DNA of 64,000 bases from Acidobacteriota bacterium (GCA_965217775.1 CBDCJH010000002.1:4288001-4352000), one strand, 5' to 3'; numbered from the stretch's first letter, positions 48,701 through 58,488 are shown. The notes: generated by a model from the sequence alone, not told the origin. Translations and numbers: made by a program.

Positions 48701-51700
48701 ATGTGCGTCAGCGTCACCGGCGCGTCCACAATCGAATCTTCGTCCTCCGCCGCCGACACCGTCACCAGCTTCCGGGTGGACCAGTTCGACCTGGTGAAAC
48801 TCAGCGTCTCCGGAGACACCGTCAGGTCTCCCGCCGCGCCTTCCACCGTCACCGTCACCGGCCCGGTCGGCTCCGCGTCCAGCACCACCGTGTAGGTCTC
48901 GCTACCTCCCTCGAGCACCTCCAGCGCCTCCGGCGCCACCGTCACCCCAACGAAATCGTTCTCGATGACGGTCACCTCCACGTCCGCTGCCGTCACTCCG
49001 TCGTAGCCCCCACCGCTCACCTCGTGGGTCAGTGTCACCGCAGCATCCACCACCGCATCGTCGTCTTCCGCCGCCGACACCGTCACCGTCTGCGCCCTCG
49101 ACCAGTTCAACGTCGTGAACGTCAATTCCTCCGGCGCCACCGTCACGTCCTCCACCGCGCCGCCTACCGTCACCGTCACCGTCCCCTCCGGCTCCATGTC
49201 CAGCACTACCGAATAGGACTCGCTGCTTCCCTCGGTGACCTCCAGTTCCTCCGGAGTCACCGTCACCCCGGGGATGTCGTTTTCAAGGATGGTCACCTCG
49301 ACGTCGGGCGCTGCCACCCCGCCGTAGCCTCCGCCGCTTACCGTGTGGGTCAAGGTCACCGGCGCATCCACTATCGAATCCTCGTCCTCCGCCGCCGACA
49401 CCGTCACCGTCTGCGCCCTCGACCAGTTCAACGTCGTGAACGTCAATTCCTCCGGCGCCACCGTCACGTCTCCGGCCGCGCCTCCCACGGTCACCGTTAC
49501 CGGACCGGTCGGCTCCGTGTCCAACACCACCGTGTAGATCTCGCTACTTCCCTCGCGCACCTCCAGCGCCTCCGGCGCCACCGTCACCCCAACGATGTCG
49601 TTCTCGATGATCGTCACCTCCACGTCCGCTGCCGTCACCCCGTCGTAGCCTCCGCCGCTTACCGTGTGGGTCAAGGTCACCGGCGCGTCCACTATCGAAT
49701 CCTCGTCCTCCGCCGCCGACACCGTCACCGTCTGCGCCCTCGACCAGTTCAACGTCGTGAACGTCAATTCCTCCGGCGCCACCGTCACGTCCTCCACCGC
49801 GCCGCCTACCGTCACCGTCACCGTCCCCTCGGGCTCCAAGTCCAGAACTACCGTGTAGGACCCGCTGCTTCCCTCGGCGACCTCCAGTTCCTCCGGAGTC
49901 ACCGTCACCCCGGGGATGTCGTTTTCAAGGATGGTCACCTCCACGTCGGACGCTGCCACCCCGTTGTAGCCTCCGCCGCTTACCGTGTGCGTCAAGGTCA
50001 CCGGCGCGTCCACGATCGAATCCTCGTCCTCCGCCGCCGACACCGTCACCGTCTGTCTGGCCGACCAGTTCAAGGTCGTGAACGTCAATTCCTCCGGCGC
50101 CACTGTCAGGTCTCCCGCCGCGCCTTCCACCGTCACCGTCACCGGTCCGGTCGGCTCCGACTCCAGGACCACGGTGTAGGTCTCGCTGCCTCCCTCCAGG
50201 ACCTCCAGCGCCACCGGAGTGATTCGCACCCCGCGATTGTCTTCTTCGATGGACACGTCGGCGGTGACTCGAGTCCCAGGATTCACACCTGAGGGCAACG
50301 TCCCAAAGCCCAGCGTGACCCTCTCGGTTCCCTCGGTCACGTCGTCGGCCACGGCCCGAAAGGTGAACGTCGCCACCGTCTGGCCCGCGTCGAACACGAC
50401 GTTCTCCGGCACTCCCGAATAGTCATCATCGGTGGCGCCATCTTCGTTTTTCGCCGTCAGCGGGATCGTCAGAGCGCTGGCGGGTGACTGACGCAGGCGC
50501 ACCGTTACCTCCACCGATTCCCCCTCCTGCACGCGGTAATCGCTGGCGCCGAACGTCACCGTCTGGCTTCTCGCGGGCGGGGGCGGAGGAGGGGGCGGGG
50601 GGGGAGCCGGTCTTCTCACCGTGCCGGTCGGCAGACTGGTGAGCCTCTCCGCCACGCCGTCGTCGTCGGCGAAGCTCACCCGTACCTTCAGTTGGTTGCC
50701 CGCGTCCGCGCTGACCAAGCGGTAGGTGGAACCGTTGGCCCCGGAGATGTCGGTCTCGTTGCCGTTGTCCACGCGGATCCACTGGTAGTGGAACTGGACG
50801 TTGGTCAGGCCGTCCAGATCCTGGATATCGGTCGTGTGCGCCGTGAGGGTCCGTCCCACCAAGGTCGTGCCCGTGATGGTGGGCCGGCCGGTCGCCGGAC
50901 TGTTGTCTGGCGGCCGGTCGGTCTCGGTAATGGTCACCATCACCGTTCCGACCGTCCGACCCGAGTACTCGGATGCGCCGCTGACCGAATGCGACAACGT
51001 AGCGGAGTCCGGAGTCGAGTCGTCATCCTTCACCGCGGTCACACTCAGCGACTTTGGACTAGACCAGTCGGTGCGTGTGAAAGTGACACTTGGCGAGGTG
51101 AGGGTGACATTCCCCACGCCCGAAGAAATAATTGCGGACACCTCCACGTTGTCCGACGGCGGCGTGTTCAGAACCACGGTGTAGCTGCGGGTCTCACCTT
51201 CCGGGATCGCCAGCGCATTCGTCGACAGCGTCACGCCGGGCACATCGTTCTCGACGATGGTCACCGTCACATCCGGCACCGTCACGCTGCCGTAGCCGCC
51301 GTCGCTGAACTCGTGCTCAATCGCCACCCGTGGGTCCGTCGCCGCGTCGTCATCCTCCCTTGCACTCACCGTCACTGGCTTGGCGTTGGACCAGTTCGTC
51401 CGCGAAAACGTGAGCCGACGCGGGCTTATCGTCAGGTCCGGATTCACCGGATCGGTCGTCAGGTCGACCTTCACCGTCTTCCCCTCCGGTGGCTGAGTAT
51501 GGAGAACGACGGTGTAGGTTTCGCTCCCTCCTTCCGGCACGCTCAAGCTCTGCTTGGACACCGTCGCGCCCCGCGTGTCGTTATCCACGACCGTGACCTT
51601 CACCGATCCTCCGCGGATTCCGCTGTAGCCCCCACCGCTTGCGCCATGACTGAGTTCCACTTCGAAATTCTCCGCGTCGTCATCGTGAGCTGCCATCACT

Positions 51701-53718
51701 TCCACGGTCTGCGGAGAAAACCAATTCTCTGTAGTAAAGGTCAGTTTGACCGGATCCGCCGTTACACCCTTACCTGAGGGAACCCTTACCGAAACCATCA
51801 CCTCAGCCGTCGGTTTCGTGTCCAGCTTTACCGTGTAGGTGTTGCTTCCCTCTTCCGGCACGGTCAGCTGCGGGACCGACACTGTGATGCCCGGGTCGTC
51901 GTTATCCTCGACCGTCACCCTCACACTGGCCACAGAAACTGGGGAATATTCTCCGCCGGTCGCCTCGTGCGTCAGCGTCACCGTTCGATCCGGCAGGTCA
52001 ATATCGTCGTTTTCCGCGCGCACTGTGAACGTCTTCGGCATGTGCCAGTTCTGCGGCGTGAACGTCAGGCTCGGCGGACTTACAGACACGTCCGCATTCG
52101 GTGGGACCGTGACCTCCACATCCACGTCCTCCGACGGCTTTGTGTCCAGAACCACCGTGTAGGTGTTGCTGCCCCCTTCCTGCACTGTCAGGGACCGGTC
52201 CGAAACGGTCACACCCGGATTGTCATCCTCTTCGATAGTCACCGTCAGCACCGCCGTGACGTTCGCGTACTCGGTGGAGTCGCTCGCCCGGTGCGTCACC
52301 ATCACCGGCGGGTCCGCCGCCGCATCCTCGTCATGCTCGGCCTCCACTGTTACCGTCTTCCAACTGTTCCAGTTCTGGGGCGTGAACATCAGGCTCGACG
52401 GATCCACATCCACGTCACCGTCATCTTCATCTTCAATCGTTACCGTCACGTCCGCCACGGGCTCGGCATCCAACCTCACCCTGTAGGTTTTGCTGGCGCC
52501 TTCCCTGACTTTCAGTGAACTTCTCGACAGAGTGATGCCCGGGTCGTCGTTGTCCGTGATCGTCACCGACACGTTATCCACCGTTACGTCGCCATAATCA
52601 CCGCCGTTGAAGTCGTGCGTGAGCGTAATCCCGGTATCGTCCACCGAATCCGCGTCGTTCACCGCACGCACCGTCACCGTCTTTTCCACGTTCCAGTTCG
52701 ACTTCGTGAACGTGACCGGGTTCGGACTCACTCGCACGTCCGAGCCGGTTGGATCCACCGCCACCGTAACCCTCACCGTCGCCGTTGGCTGCGTATCGAG
52801 GATCAGGGTGTAGGTTTTGCTCCCTTCTTCTGGCACGGTCAAGCTCTGCTCGGACACCCTCGCGCCGGGAGTGTCGTTGTCCGTGACCGTGACCTCCAGA
52901 TCCTCCCGCACACCGCTGTAACCCCCGCCGCTGCCTGTGTGGCGGAGGACCACTTTGTCGTCCGCCGCGTCGTCGTCCTGGCCTGCCGTCAACGTCACCG
53001 TCTGGGAATCGTCCCAGTCGTCCGGCGTGAAGGTCAGCGGGAACTCCTTGTCCACAGTGAGGTCCGTCCCCGATAACCCGGATACGGAGACCCGCACCGT
53101 CCCCGACGGCTGCGTGTTCAGCTTCAGCGTATAGCTGCGGCTGTTCCCTTCCGGCACCGTGAGGTGCTGGGGCGACACCTTGATGCCCGGGACATCATCG
53201 TCGGTGATTCCCACAGACACGCGGGCCACACCGTGGAGGCGGTCCGGACATTCGAAGTTCTCGTCCGACAGCTCGTGGGTGATTGTCACCGACTCATTCG
53301 CAGTATCGTCATCTTGGAGTGCGTATATCGTAACCCCTCGCCATCGCGTTGGCTCCGAATCTTCCTTCCCATCCTCCCGATCGAACTGCCAGCCGACGGA
53401 TGGTACCCAACGAATACCTTTTTCCTCGAGGATGCCATCTGTATAGACCACCCCGTCGATGTGGATCCGTAACCACCATCCGTCGGCAACCGGTTGCTGA
53501 CTGAGCCTTATTTCGTAGCGGAGGCTGTTTCCCTCCGTGAAATTCAACGTGGACGGCCTCACTTCCACTTTCCCTCCCCAGGTAAAGATCGGGGCGTGGT
53601 CCGTAGCGTGGACCTGTTGCATAGCGACGCCGGACAAGAGCGCCGACAGCACGATGGTGGAGGTGACGAGACGTGCGTATCCGTTTAAGCCAATGCGGCC
53701 CTTTGCATCTTCATTCAT
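45784..53718 (-). CDS. Giant surface protein/adhesin: Ig-like repeats, Calx-beta domains, autotransporter-like C-terminal barrel
   Basis: Signal-like ...LSGVAMQQVHA after ATG 53718 (track start 53814); about 14 repeats of GV.V....L.V.EG...TYTV.L...P...V.V...LTFT..NW...QTVTV.A..D.D; poly-Pro linker; Calx-beta motifs WATSDGTAKAGEDY..DD...E.DETFTV.L; C-terminal RWTAWGRG..GVDY..YPY..GLEVG barrel region. Confidence 0.9.
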   Translation of the reverse strand: MNEDAKGRIGLNGYARLVTSTIVLSALLSGVAMQQVHATDHAPIFTWGGKVEVRPSTLNFTEGNSLRYEIRLSQQPVADGWWLRIHIDGVVYTDGILEEKGIRWVPSVGWQFDREDGKEDSEPTRWRGVTIYALQDDDTANESVTITHELSDENFECPDRLHGVARVSVGITDDDVPGIKVSPQHLTVPEGNSRSYTLKLNTQPSGTVRVSVSGLSGTDLTVDKEFPLTFTPDDWDDSQTVTLTAGQDDDAADDKVVLRHTGSGGGYSGVREDLEVTVTDNDTPGARVSEQSLTVPEEGSKTYTLILDTQPTATVRVTVAVDPTGSDVRVSPNPVTFTKSNWNVEKTVTVRAVNDADSVDDTGITLTHDFNGGDYGDVTVDNVSVTITDNDDPGITLSRSSLKVREGASKTYRVRLDAEPVADVTVTIEDEDDGDVDVDPSSLMFTPQNWNSWKTVTVEAEHDEDAAADPPVMVTHRASDSTEYANVTAVLTVTIEEDDNPGVTVSDRSLTVQEGGSNTYTVVLDTKPSEDVDVEVTVPPNADVSVSPPSLTFTPQNWHMPKTFTVRAENDDIDLPDRTVTLTHEATGGEYSPVSVASVRVTVEDNDDPGITVSVPQLTVPEEGSNTYTVKLDTKPTAEVMVSVRVPSGKGVTADPVKLTFTTENWFSPQTVEVMAAHDDDAENFEVELSHGASGGGYSGIRGGSVKVTVVDNDTRGATVSKQSLSVPEGGSETYTVVLHTQPPEGKTVKVDLTTDPVNPDLTISPRRLTFSRTNWSNAKPVTVSAREDDDAATDPRVAIEHEFSDGGYGSVTVPDVTVTIVENDVPGVTLSTNALAIPEGETRSYTVVLNTPPSDNVEVSAIISSGVGNVTLTSPSVTFTRTDWSSPKSLSVTAVKDDDSTPDSATLSHSVSGASEYSGRTVGTVMVTITETDRPPDNSPATGRPTITGTTLVGRTLTAHTTDIQDLDGLTNVQFHYQWIRVDNGNETDISGANGSTYRLVSADAGNQLKVRVSFADDDGVAERLTSLPTGTVRRPAPPPPPPPPPPARSQTVTFGASDYRVQEGESVEVTVRLRQSPASALTIPLTAKNEDGATDDDYSGVPENVVFDAGQTVATFTFRAVADDVTEGTERVTLGFGTLPSGVNPGTRVTADVSIEEDNRGVRITPVALEVLEGGSETYTVVLESEPTGPVTVTVEGAAGDLTVAPEELTFTTLNWSARQTVTVSAAEDEDSIVDAPVTLTHTVSGGGYNGVAASDVEVTILENDIPGVTVTPEELEVAEGSSGSYTVVLDLEPEGTVTVTVGGAVEDVTVAPEELTFTTLNWSRAQTVTVSAAEDEDSIVDAPVTLTHTVSGGGYDGVTAADVEVTIIENDIVGVTVAPEALEVREGSSEIYTVVLDTEPTGPVTVTVGGAAGDVTVAPEELTFTTLNWSRAQTVTVSAAEDEDSIVDAPVTLTHTVSGGGYGGVAAPDVEVTILENDIPGVTVTPEELEVTEGSSESYSVVLDMEPEGTVTVTVGGAVEDVTVAPEELTFTTLNWSRAQTVTVSAAEDDDAVVDAAVTLTHEVSGGGYDGVTAADVEVTVIENDFVGVTVAPEALEVLEGGSETYTVVLDAEPTGPVTVTVEGAAGDLTVSPETLSFTRSNWSTRKLVTVSAAEDEDSIVDAPVTLTHMASGGGYDGVTAAEVEVTILENDIPGVTVTPTELSVTEGSSETYTVVLDTEPTGPVTVTVGGVTGDLMVSPASLTFTASNWSTSQPMTVMAAEDEDALNDPPVTLTHTVSGGDYTDVTAPNVVVTIIENDVPELSIEDAEVMEGDEEIAFAVTMDGPSSRTVRVEWATSDGTAKAGEDYTAGKGELVFAPGETRQEAKVPVLDDTAVEPDETFTVKLSNPRGGSLERSEATGIIVDNDLPLVSISAASGSVDEGEDVQFDLTRSGNLRSALIVTVRVNATGSFLAETPPNTVSFGAGESAAVLRIATVDDERDEADGTVEAVLVESDDYSIQDPGKAVVVVTDNDRPPAIGIESARALEIAGEIVFPITLAGPSDHLVTVEWTTSDGTARSNEDYRGASGIVNFPPGRTTESIRVLLLDDVLLEEDETFTVTLGRAVNGTLGQSTATGVIEDDEGIVFKAWLTRFGRTVATQVVEAVSKRLTGSPYRPPQVTVGGRQLRLAVENEAGNRRHDSDLFFGSQPLMAGGGLGAPGSPGRAGESLGLYGGTLEGTQFGFRRLGGRNLLSTSSFHLTSGDGDRTGNDQGARWTAWGRGVTTQFSGWNTDLSLDGGVLTGLAGVDYTRGRILAGLAVSRSEGDGDAFAGRGQRLQSLDSELSASLTSVYPYLRVDLEERLFTWGLFGYGRGEMGATGATGSARHDIGMTMGAVGARGSLLKPEDKNGLELALKTDTFWVGMDLDANAGPRITDADASRTRLLLEAACDCRYAWAGGLVGGAVDFGIRRDAGAAETGMGLEVGANLSYLNPDRGLTVSVSARRLMAHQDDGYREWGVGGMIEYDPGVAGRGLAVRMVSSLGTAPTGTNRFWSQSAASLNRNGFAGMDAPLTAEVDYRMRVLGGRLLMAPYADMSLVGSGTGAQSYLLGWRLQFGPNIRLQLEMDLGDRSYNPLYRNGLMGPGSMLGGPGLGPRPAGGSW
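48307..50232 (-). repeat. Six tandem near-identical 321-bp (107-aa) intragenic repeats
   Basis: Span of 1926 bp equals 6 x 321; antisense shadow ORFs recur on a 321-bp grid (48380, 48701, 49343, 49664, 49985). Confidence 0.92.
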
Positions 53719-53932
53719 TGATTCCGTGTGGTGCCTCTCTCGCACGCTCGACGGGAGAATGCCCTGTCCATCCTCCCGTAGCGGAGACAACCGATGGCCA
53801 GTCCCATTGGTCACCGGTTGATTGTTCTCTCCTCCAGATTACTCCACTACTGCGACAATTCTTTCGTCGCGCCTGCGCCGTCATGCCGTTTGCAGCGGCA
53901 CGATTCCAGGCTGTGGATCACGGGACAATTTA

Positions 53933-55363
53933 TTAGGGAACGAACCGGAAGGCATACAGATGGGCGTCACGGATTCGAACCCGCAGTCGCACCGGCTTGC
54001 CCGCATGCCGAGAGAGATCTCTCCCCCCCTTCCACATGACAGCACCGTCGATTTTGTCTCCCACCAGGGGAGGACAGTCCTCCAGACTCAGGCCCTCCAA
54101 AGGATCTCCGTCCTGGTCCTGCAGCTCCACTCGGAGACTGCCTCCGCCGGACGTGCTGTAGTTGAGCTCCAGATGTCGTCCCCGGAACCGGATGGGCCGG
54201 GAGGTGAACTCGCCGAAGCCGGAATAGGGCCCCTGGACCGACACGAAACCATCGGTCCGGAGCGTGCACCTTCGAATCCGGGTTCTCTCCGAGCGGAGCA
54301 ACTCCGAGTAGTACATGGAGATCTCACCGGGACCGGTGGGCACCACCCCATGCCCCATGATGGGATTGCGGTCCACCCAGTTGTCCGGGTCCAAGTCCGG
54401 AGAGAGGAACGGCTTCCGGAAGAGACGGTCCCAGCGGATCCCGTCCCGGCTGGAGGCGAACTGGACGTCGGAGAGTCCGTCATGGGGCGCATCGTCGTGA
54501 TGCCTCCGGCCGGGATATAGAACCATGGGAAACATGAGGAAGGCCCGGGCCGCCCGAAAGTACTTGACGGCGGCGTTGGTGTAGAAGTGGAGGTCCTTCG
54601 GGTCCCGTTCGTCCGGCACGAGCACCAGTTCCGGTTCGGACCAGTGGAGAAAATCGATCGATTCGGTCTGCCGGATAGCCCGGCGCCCCCCCTTGAAGGA
54701 CCCTTCCACCGACGGGTCCACACCCCTCAGATAGATGACGAAGCGCCTTCTCTCGTCGTCCCAGACCAGGATGTTGTGGCTGTCGAAGGGGCCCTTCTCC
54801 GGTGGAAGAAGCGGATTGGTCCGAACCGGCTGCCAACGGATTCCATCTGCCGAAATGAAACCCGAGATCCCGCCGACCCGGGAAATCATCTTGTAGCGGG
54901 ACGAACTACCCGGCTGCTGGTTGGGATCCACGATGACACTGACGTTGGTGAAGTCCTTGGGGTCGCCGATGATGTTGTTCCGCGTGGAGCCCTTGCGGGA
55001 AAAGACGCCCAGGTTCCGGCGCTCCCAGGTGATGCCGTCCCGGCTTTCGGCGTAGCAGGTCCACACCGGGAACGGGGGCTCCTTCTCCGCGACCCGGTAC
55101 CACATGCGGTAGAGGCCCCGGTCCCGGACCACGCTGCTGTAGTGCAGTTCCTTGCCCTCCCACGGTTCCACGCAGGTGAGGGAGACCTCCCGGGTTTGGG
55201 AACGATGCGGGGTCAGACGGATCTCCTCCCGGGATTCGAACCAGAATTCGTCCAGAAAGAGTTGGCGCTCGCTTCCCACGTCCAAGACCGGCTGGCCCGG
55301 AAGGGGATGAAAGGTGGCAGCGATCAGCAAGGCTAGCCAGATCGGCGCACCTGGATGTCTCAT
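53933..55363 (-). CDS. Secreted five-bladed beta-propeller glycosidase-like protein
   Basis: DVGSERQLFLD, YRMWY, CYAESRDGITWER, SADGIRW, FDSHN, SSRDGIRW, LRTDGFVS, HLYAFRF. Confidence 0.78.
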   Translation of the reverse strand: MRHPGAPIWLALLIAATFHPLPGQPVLDVGSERQLFLDEFWFESREEIRLTPHRSQTREVSLTCVEPWEGKELHYSSVVRDRGLYRMWYRVAEKEPPFPVWTCYAESRDGITWERRNLGVFSRKGSTRNNIIGDPKDFTNVSVIVDPNQQPGSSSRYKMISRVGGISGFISADGIRWQPVRTNPLLPPEKGPFDSHNILVWDDERRRFVIYLRGVDPSVEGSFKGGRRAIRQTESIDFLHWSEPELVLVPDERDPKDLHFYTNAAVKYFRAARAFLMFPMVLYPGRRHHDDAPHDGLSDVQFASSRDGIRWDRLFRKPFLSPDLDPDNWVDRNPIMGHGVVPTGPGEISMYYSELLRSERTRIRRCTLRTDGFVSVQGPYSGFGEFTSRPIRFRGRHLELNYSTSGGGSLRVELQDQDGDPLEGLSLEDCPPLVGDKIDGAVMWKGGRDLSRHAGKPVRLRVRIRDAHLYAFRFVP

Positions 55364-55382
55364 ATATCTCTCTGTTTCGGAG

Positions 55383-56144
55383 TCAGTCCCCCGTCAGAAC
55401 GCCTCCGGAGAAGAGCCTCCCGCGTCCGTCCAGACAGGGCTCGATCCCCATCAGTTGCAATGCGTGCCAGGAGGTGACTTGATTCGCCGTGAGGACCGGC
55501 TTCCCCAGAGCGGCCTCCATCTCATCCAGGTGCAGAGCCAGCTTCTGACCGGTGCAACCGACGAAGACGGCGTCCGACTCTCCGACGTTGGAGGTTTCGG
55601 CCAAGCTCCGGATGCGCTCGGGAGGGACGATGGAGTGGTCTTTCGGCAGGTTCAGAGCCAGGCTGTTCAACACCCGGACGCCATGGTCCTGGATGAACTG
55701 GATGAAACGCCCCTCCACGTCGGGCATGTAGGGGCTGGCCAGGGTGACGCTGGAGATTCCCAGGGACTTGAAGGCCCGGATCATGGCGGTGCTGGTGGTT
55801 GTGGCCGGCTTGCCGGTCATGCGGGTGATTCGATCCGAGATGTCCAGATCTCCTCCCACGCCCCGGACGAAGCTGATGGTCGTGCAGTAGTACGCGTAGC
55901 AATCGGGATCGTACTTGGAGAGCCTCCGCGCCGATTCCTCGATGTCGCCGTTTTCTGCCAGCTCGATTCCGGCGGGCACGTGGGCTTCCTTGTCCCGGAT
56001 GGGGGTGGCGCTGGACATGAGGCGAACCCCCGGCGGCATGAACCGTCTGAACTCGTCCACCACCGCGTCAGCCTCCACGTCCACCCAGGCATCATCGGGG
56101 TACACAGCTCCCAGTAGCGGCCCATGGCCTCCGGCATCAGTCAT
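55383..56144 (-). CDS. Maleate cis-trans isomerase / Asp-Glu racemase family protein
   Basis: YYCTTISF and FVGCTG (two Cys), LASPY, EAALGKPVLTANQ; GGAGGAGG RBS. Confidence 0.87.
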   Translation of the reverse strand: MTDAGGHGPLLGAVYPDDAWVDVEADAVVDEFRRFMPPGVRLMSSATPIRDKEAHVPAGIELAENGDIEESARRLSKYDPDCYAYYCTTISFVRGVGGDLDISDRITRMTGKPATTTSTAMIRAFKSLGISSVTLASPYMPDVEGRFIQFIQDHGVRVLNSLALNLPKDHSIVPPERIRSLAETSNVGESDAVFVGCTGQKLALHLDEMEAALGKPVLTANQVTSWHALQLMGIEPCLDGRGRLFSGGVLTGD

Positions 56145-56237
56145 GACTCAGCCTCCTCCTGATCTGTAGTGAATTTTAACAGCCGAGGGTGATAGCCACC
56201 ATGAAATGTCAAGTTCAGATCAAGGCAAAATGAAGGA

Positions 56238-57731
56238 TCAGGAAAGATTCCCGGACCATTCGCCAAAAACCATCGACACGAGCGCGGCCGCGCCCACCGT
56301 CACCAGCGTGGAGACCGGAATCACCCACATCCAGGCCAGTTCGGGTAGGCCGAACAGCCAATGGCCCTGAGCCCAGAGAAATCCCACCAGGATCCCGCAG
56401 AGCGCGCTTCCCATGGCCACCCTGGCGCTGCAGCGAATCCCCAGCATGGCGATGAGCATGAGTCCTCCCAGGCTTCCCACCAGAAAACTGGTGACCCGTC
56501 CCTGGATGTCGAACAGATTCCCCCTCTGTTCTTCCGGGATCTGATAGAGGAGAAGACAGATGGCGGTGGCCAGTCCGCCCACCGCGGCGGTGACGGCACG
56601 GGCCAGGAAGAGCTCTTGGCTCGGCGAGGGGACGGCACTCCTGAAACGGCGGTAGAAGTCGGTAACGACCACCGAGGAGATGGAGTTCATTCCCGAGTCC
56701 AGGCTGGACATGGCGGCCGAAAACAGCGCCGCCACCACCAGTCCCGCCAGTCCCCGGGGAAGGATGTGGCGAATGAAGTGGGGGAAGACCAGGTCGGGGT
56801 CGTCGGGGATGGCCGCCTGATAGTAGGAGTAGAGGGCGATGCCGCAGAGGGAGAGAGTCAACGTCAGAACGACACCGCTGACCAGATTGCACAGAAAGGC
56901 CCGGCGGGCGGCCCGAAGCGACTCGGTGGCCAGGAACCGCTGGACCGCCACCTGGTCCGAGCTGGCGGTGGCCAGCCACCAGAACAGGGTCCAGCAGCCC
57001 ATGCCCACCAGGCTCAGGCGAACCGTGGGATCGAAGCTGAAGACGGGTTGCGACGGCGTGTCGGCCGCCATCATGTCGTTCCACCAGGTCGCCGGGCCGG
57101 TGCCCGAGTCGATGGCCACGTAGACGACGGTGAAGATGGCTCCGCCCAGCAGAATGAAGAACTGGACCACGTCGGTCCAGATGACCGCCCGCAGACCCCC
57201 CAGGACCGTATAGAAGACGCCGATGGCCACCAGCCCCAGGACCACGGTAGTGAAGGAGAGGCTGCAGATCTTGGACAGGGCCAGCGAGGCGGTGAACAGC
57301 ACCATCCCCATCCAGGCGGTCCGGATCAACACAAAGAGGGACGCGCCGAAGAGACGGGTGGTCAGGTCGAACCTCCGCTCCAGGTACTCGTAGGCGGTGG
57401 TCATCCGGAGCCGCATGAGATAGGGGAGGATGAGGTAGCTGACCAGAAAGAAGACCAGGGGATAGGAGAGGAACTGGGCGTTGGCTCCGACGCCGTTCTT
57501 GATCATCTCGCCGGGCGTGGAGAGGTAGGTGACGGTGGACAGGACCGTGGCCACGATGCTGACGCCCACGGAAAACCAGGACAGGCTCCGTCCCGCCAGG
57601 AAGTAGTCTTCGGTGCTCTTCTGGCGCCGTCCGTAGTAGAACCCGACCCAGATCACCACCGCGAAGTAGGCGGCGATGGCGGCGTAATCGACGGCGTGCA
57701 GCCCCTGAAACCGGTCCAGAACGGGATTCAT
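56238..57731 (-). CDS. Sodium:solute symporter (SSS family)
   Basis: EDYFLAGRSL, TAYEYLERRF, YTVLGGLRAVIWTDVVQ, DQVAVQRFL, AALFSAAMSSLDSGMNS. Confidence 0.93.
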   Translation of the reverse strand: MNPVLDRFQGLHAVDYAAIAAYFAVVIWVGFYYGRRQKSTEDYFLAGRSLSWFSVGVSIVATVLSTVTYLSTPGEMIKNGVGANAQFLSYPLVFFLVSYLILPYLMRLRMTTAYEYLERRFDLTTRLFGASLFVLIRTAWMGMVLFTASLALSKICSLSFTTVVLGLVAIGVFYTVLGGLRAVIWTDVVQFFILLGGAIFTVVYVAIDSGTGPATWWNDMMAADTPSQPVFSFDPTVRLSLVGMGCWTLFWWLATASSDQVAVQRFLATESLRAARRAFLCNLVSGVVLTLTLSLCGIALYSYYQAAIPDDPDLVFPHFIRHILPRGLAGLVVAALFSAAMSSLDSGMNSISSVVVTDFYRRFRSAVPSPSQELFLARAVTAAVGGLATAICLLLYQIPEEQRGNLFDIQGRVTSFLVGSLGGLMLIAMLGIRCSARVAMGSALCGILVGFLWAQGHWLFGLPELAWMWVIPVSTLVTVGAAALVSMVFGEWSGNLS

Positions 57732-57776
57732 GTTGTGGAGGCGCCGTCAATCACGGAACGCTGGAGGCAGGCCTCT

Positions 57777-58181
57777 TCACGTCCGCAATACCGTTCCATC
57801 CAGAGTCCGAAATCCAAGCGTCTTTGCCACGGACGCTTGCTGTTTGTCGAGGGTGACGAAAGAGACTTGGCTGGGGTCGATGGCCACATACAAAGCCGTC
57901 GCGACGTGCCAGAGATCGGCGCCCTTCAAGTAGCCGGCGTTCAAGACGTTCGTGAATTCAGGCGTCAAGGGCCGGTCGGGCAACACCCAGTCGATGCGGG
58001 CGATGAAAGGCGCCGAAAAGTCGACCATCTCGCGCGAGAACACAGCTCGCAGCTCTGCCTCCAGCAGGTTGGAAGAATGGACGCGGCCAAATGCTCGCAG
58101 ACGGTGGGCCAAGACCGCGCCATCCGGCTCGCCGAAGGCGATGGCAGCCACTGCGGAAGTGTCGATGTAAGCGACGTTCAT
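57777..58181 (-). CDS. vapC: VapC PIN-domain toxin
   Basis: AYIDTSA, LLEAELR, LKGADLWH, FVTLDKQQ; ATGA overlap with the antitoxin. Confidence 0.87.
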   Translation of the reverse strand: MNVAYIDTSAVAAIAFGEPDGAVLAHRLRAFGRVHSSNLLEAELRAVFSREMVDFSAPFIARIDWVLPDRPLTPEFTNVLNAGYLKGADLWHVATALYVAIDPSQVSFVTLDKQQASVAKTLGFRTLDGTVLRT

Positions 58182-58453
58182 TCGCCTCGTTCGGCCAGGA
58201 AGCGCTTGAGTGCGCCGGGTCGTCGTACGACCGGCGCGAGCGGTTGTTCCGGCGTCGTCGAGCGCACCAGGACACCCCGCCGTTCGAGGTCTTCAAGCCG
58301 TTCCTCAATGGTCGTGGGTTTGGGCGGGATCGGCCGAACCTCGGCCACGGGCTTCCCTCGGTAGGAGACCATGATCGTCTTCCCGGCGCGCACTTGGCGA
58401 ATAATCTCGGAGAAGCGCGCCTTCGCTTCGTAGGTGGAATAGATTGTCGGCAT
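58178..58453 (-). CDS. vapB: Phd/YefM family antitoxin
   Basis: YSTYEAKARFSEIIRQVRAGKTIMVSYRGKPVAEV. Confidence 0.88.
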   Translation of the reverse strand: MPTIYSTYEAKARFSEIIRQVRAGKTIMVSYRGKPVAEVRPIPPKPTTIEERLEDLERRGVLVRSTTPEQPLAPVVRRPGALKRFLAERGE

Positions 58454-58488
58454 GAGAACAGTATAACTCGTCAGACTAGTCTGGACAA
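58454..58488 (-). promoter_or_regulatory. Leaderless promoter and palindromic operator of vapBC-2
   Basis: TTGTCC-17-TATACT-6 nt-ATG; palindrome CAGACTAGTCTG at 58472-58483. Confidence 0.7.

Noticed and set aside
47047-50292. 1081-aa His/Arg-rich repetitive ORF
   Set aside because: Antisense product of the adhesin's Val/Thr repeats
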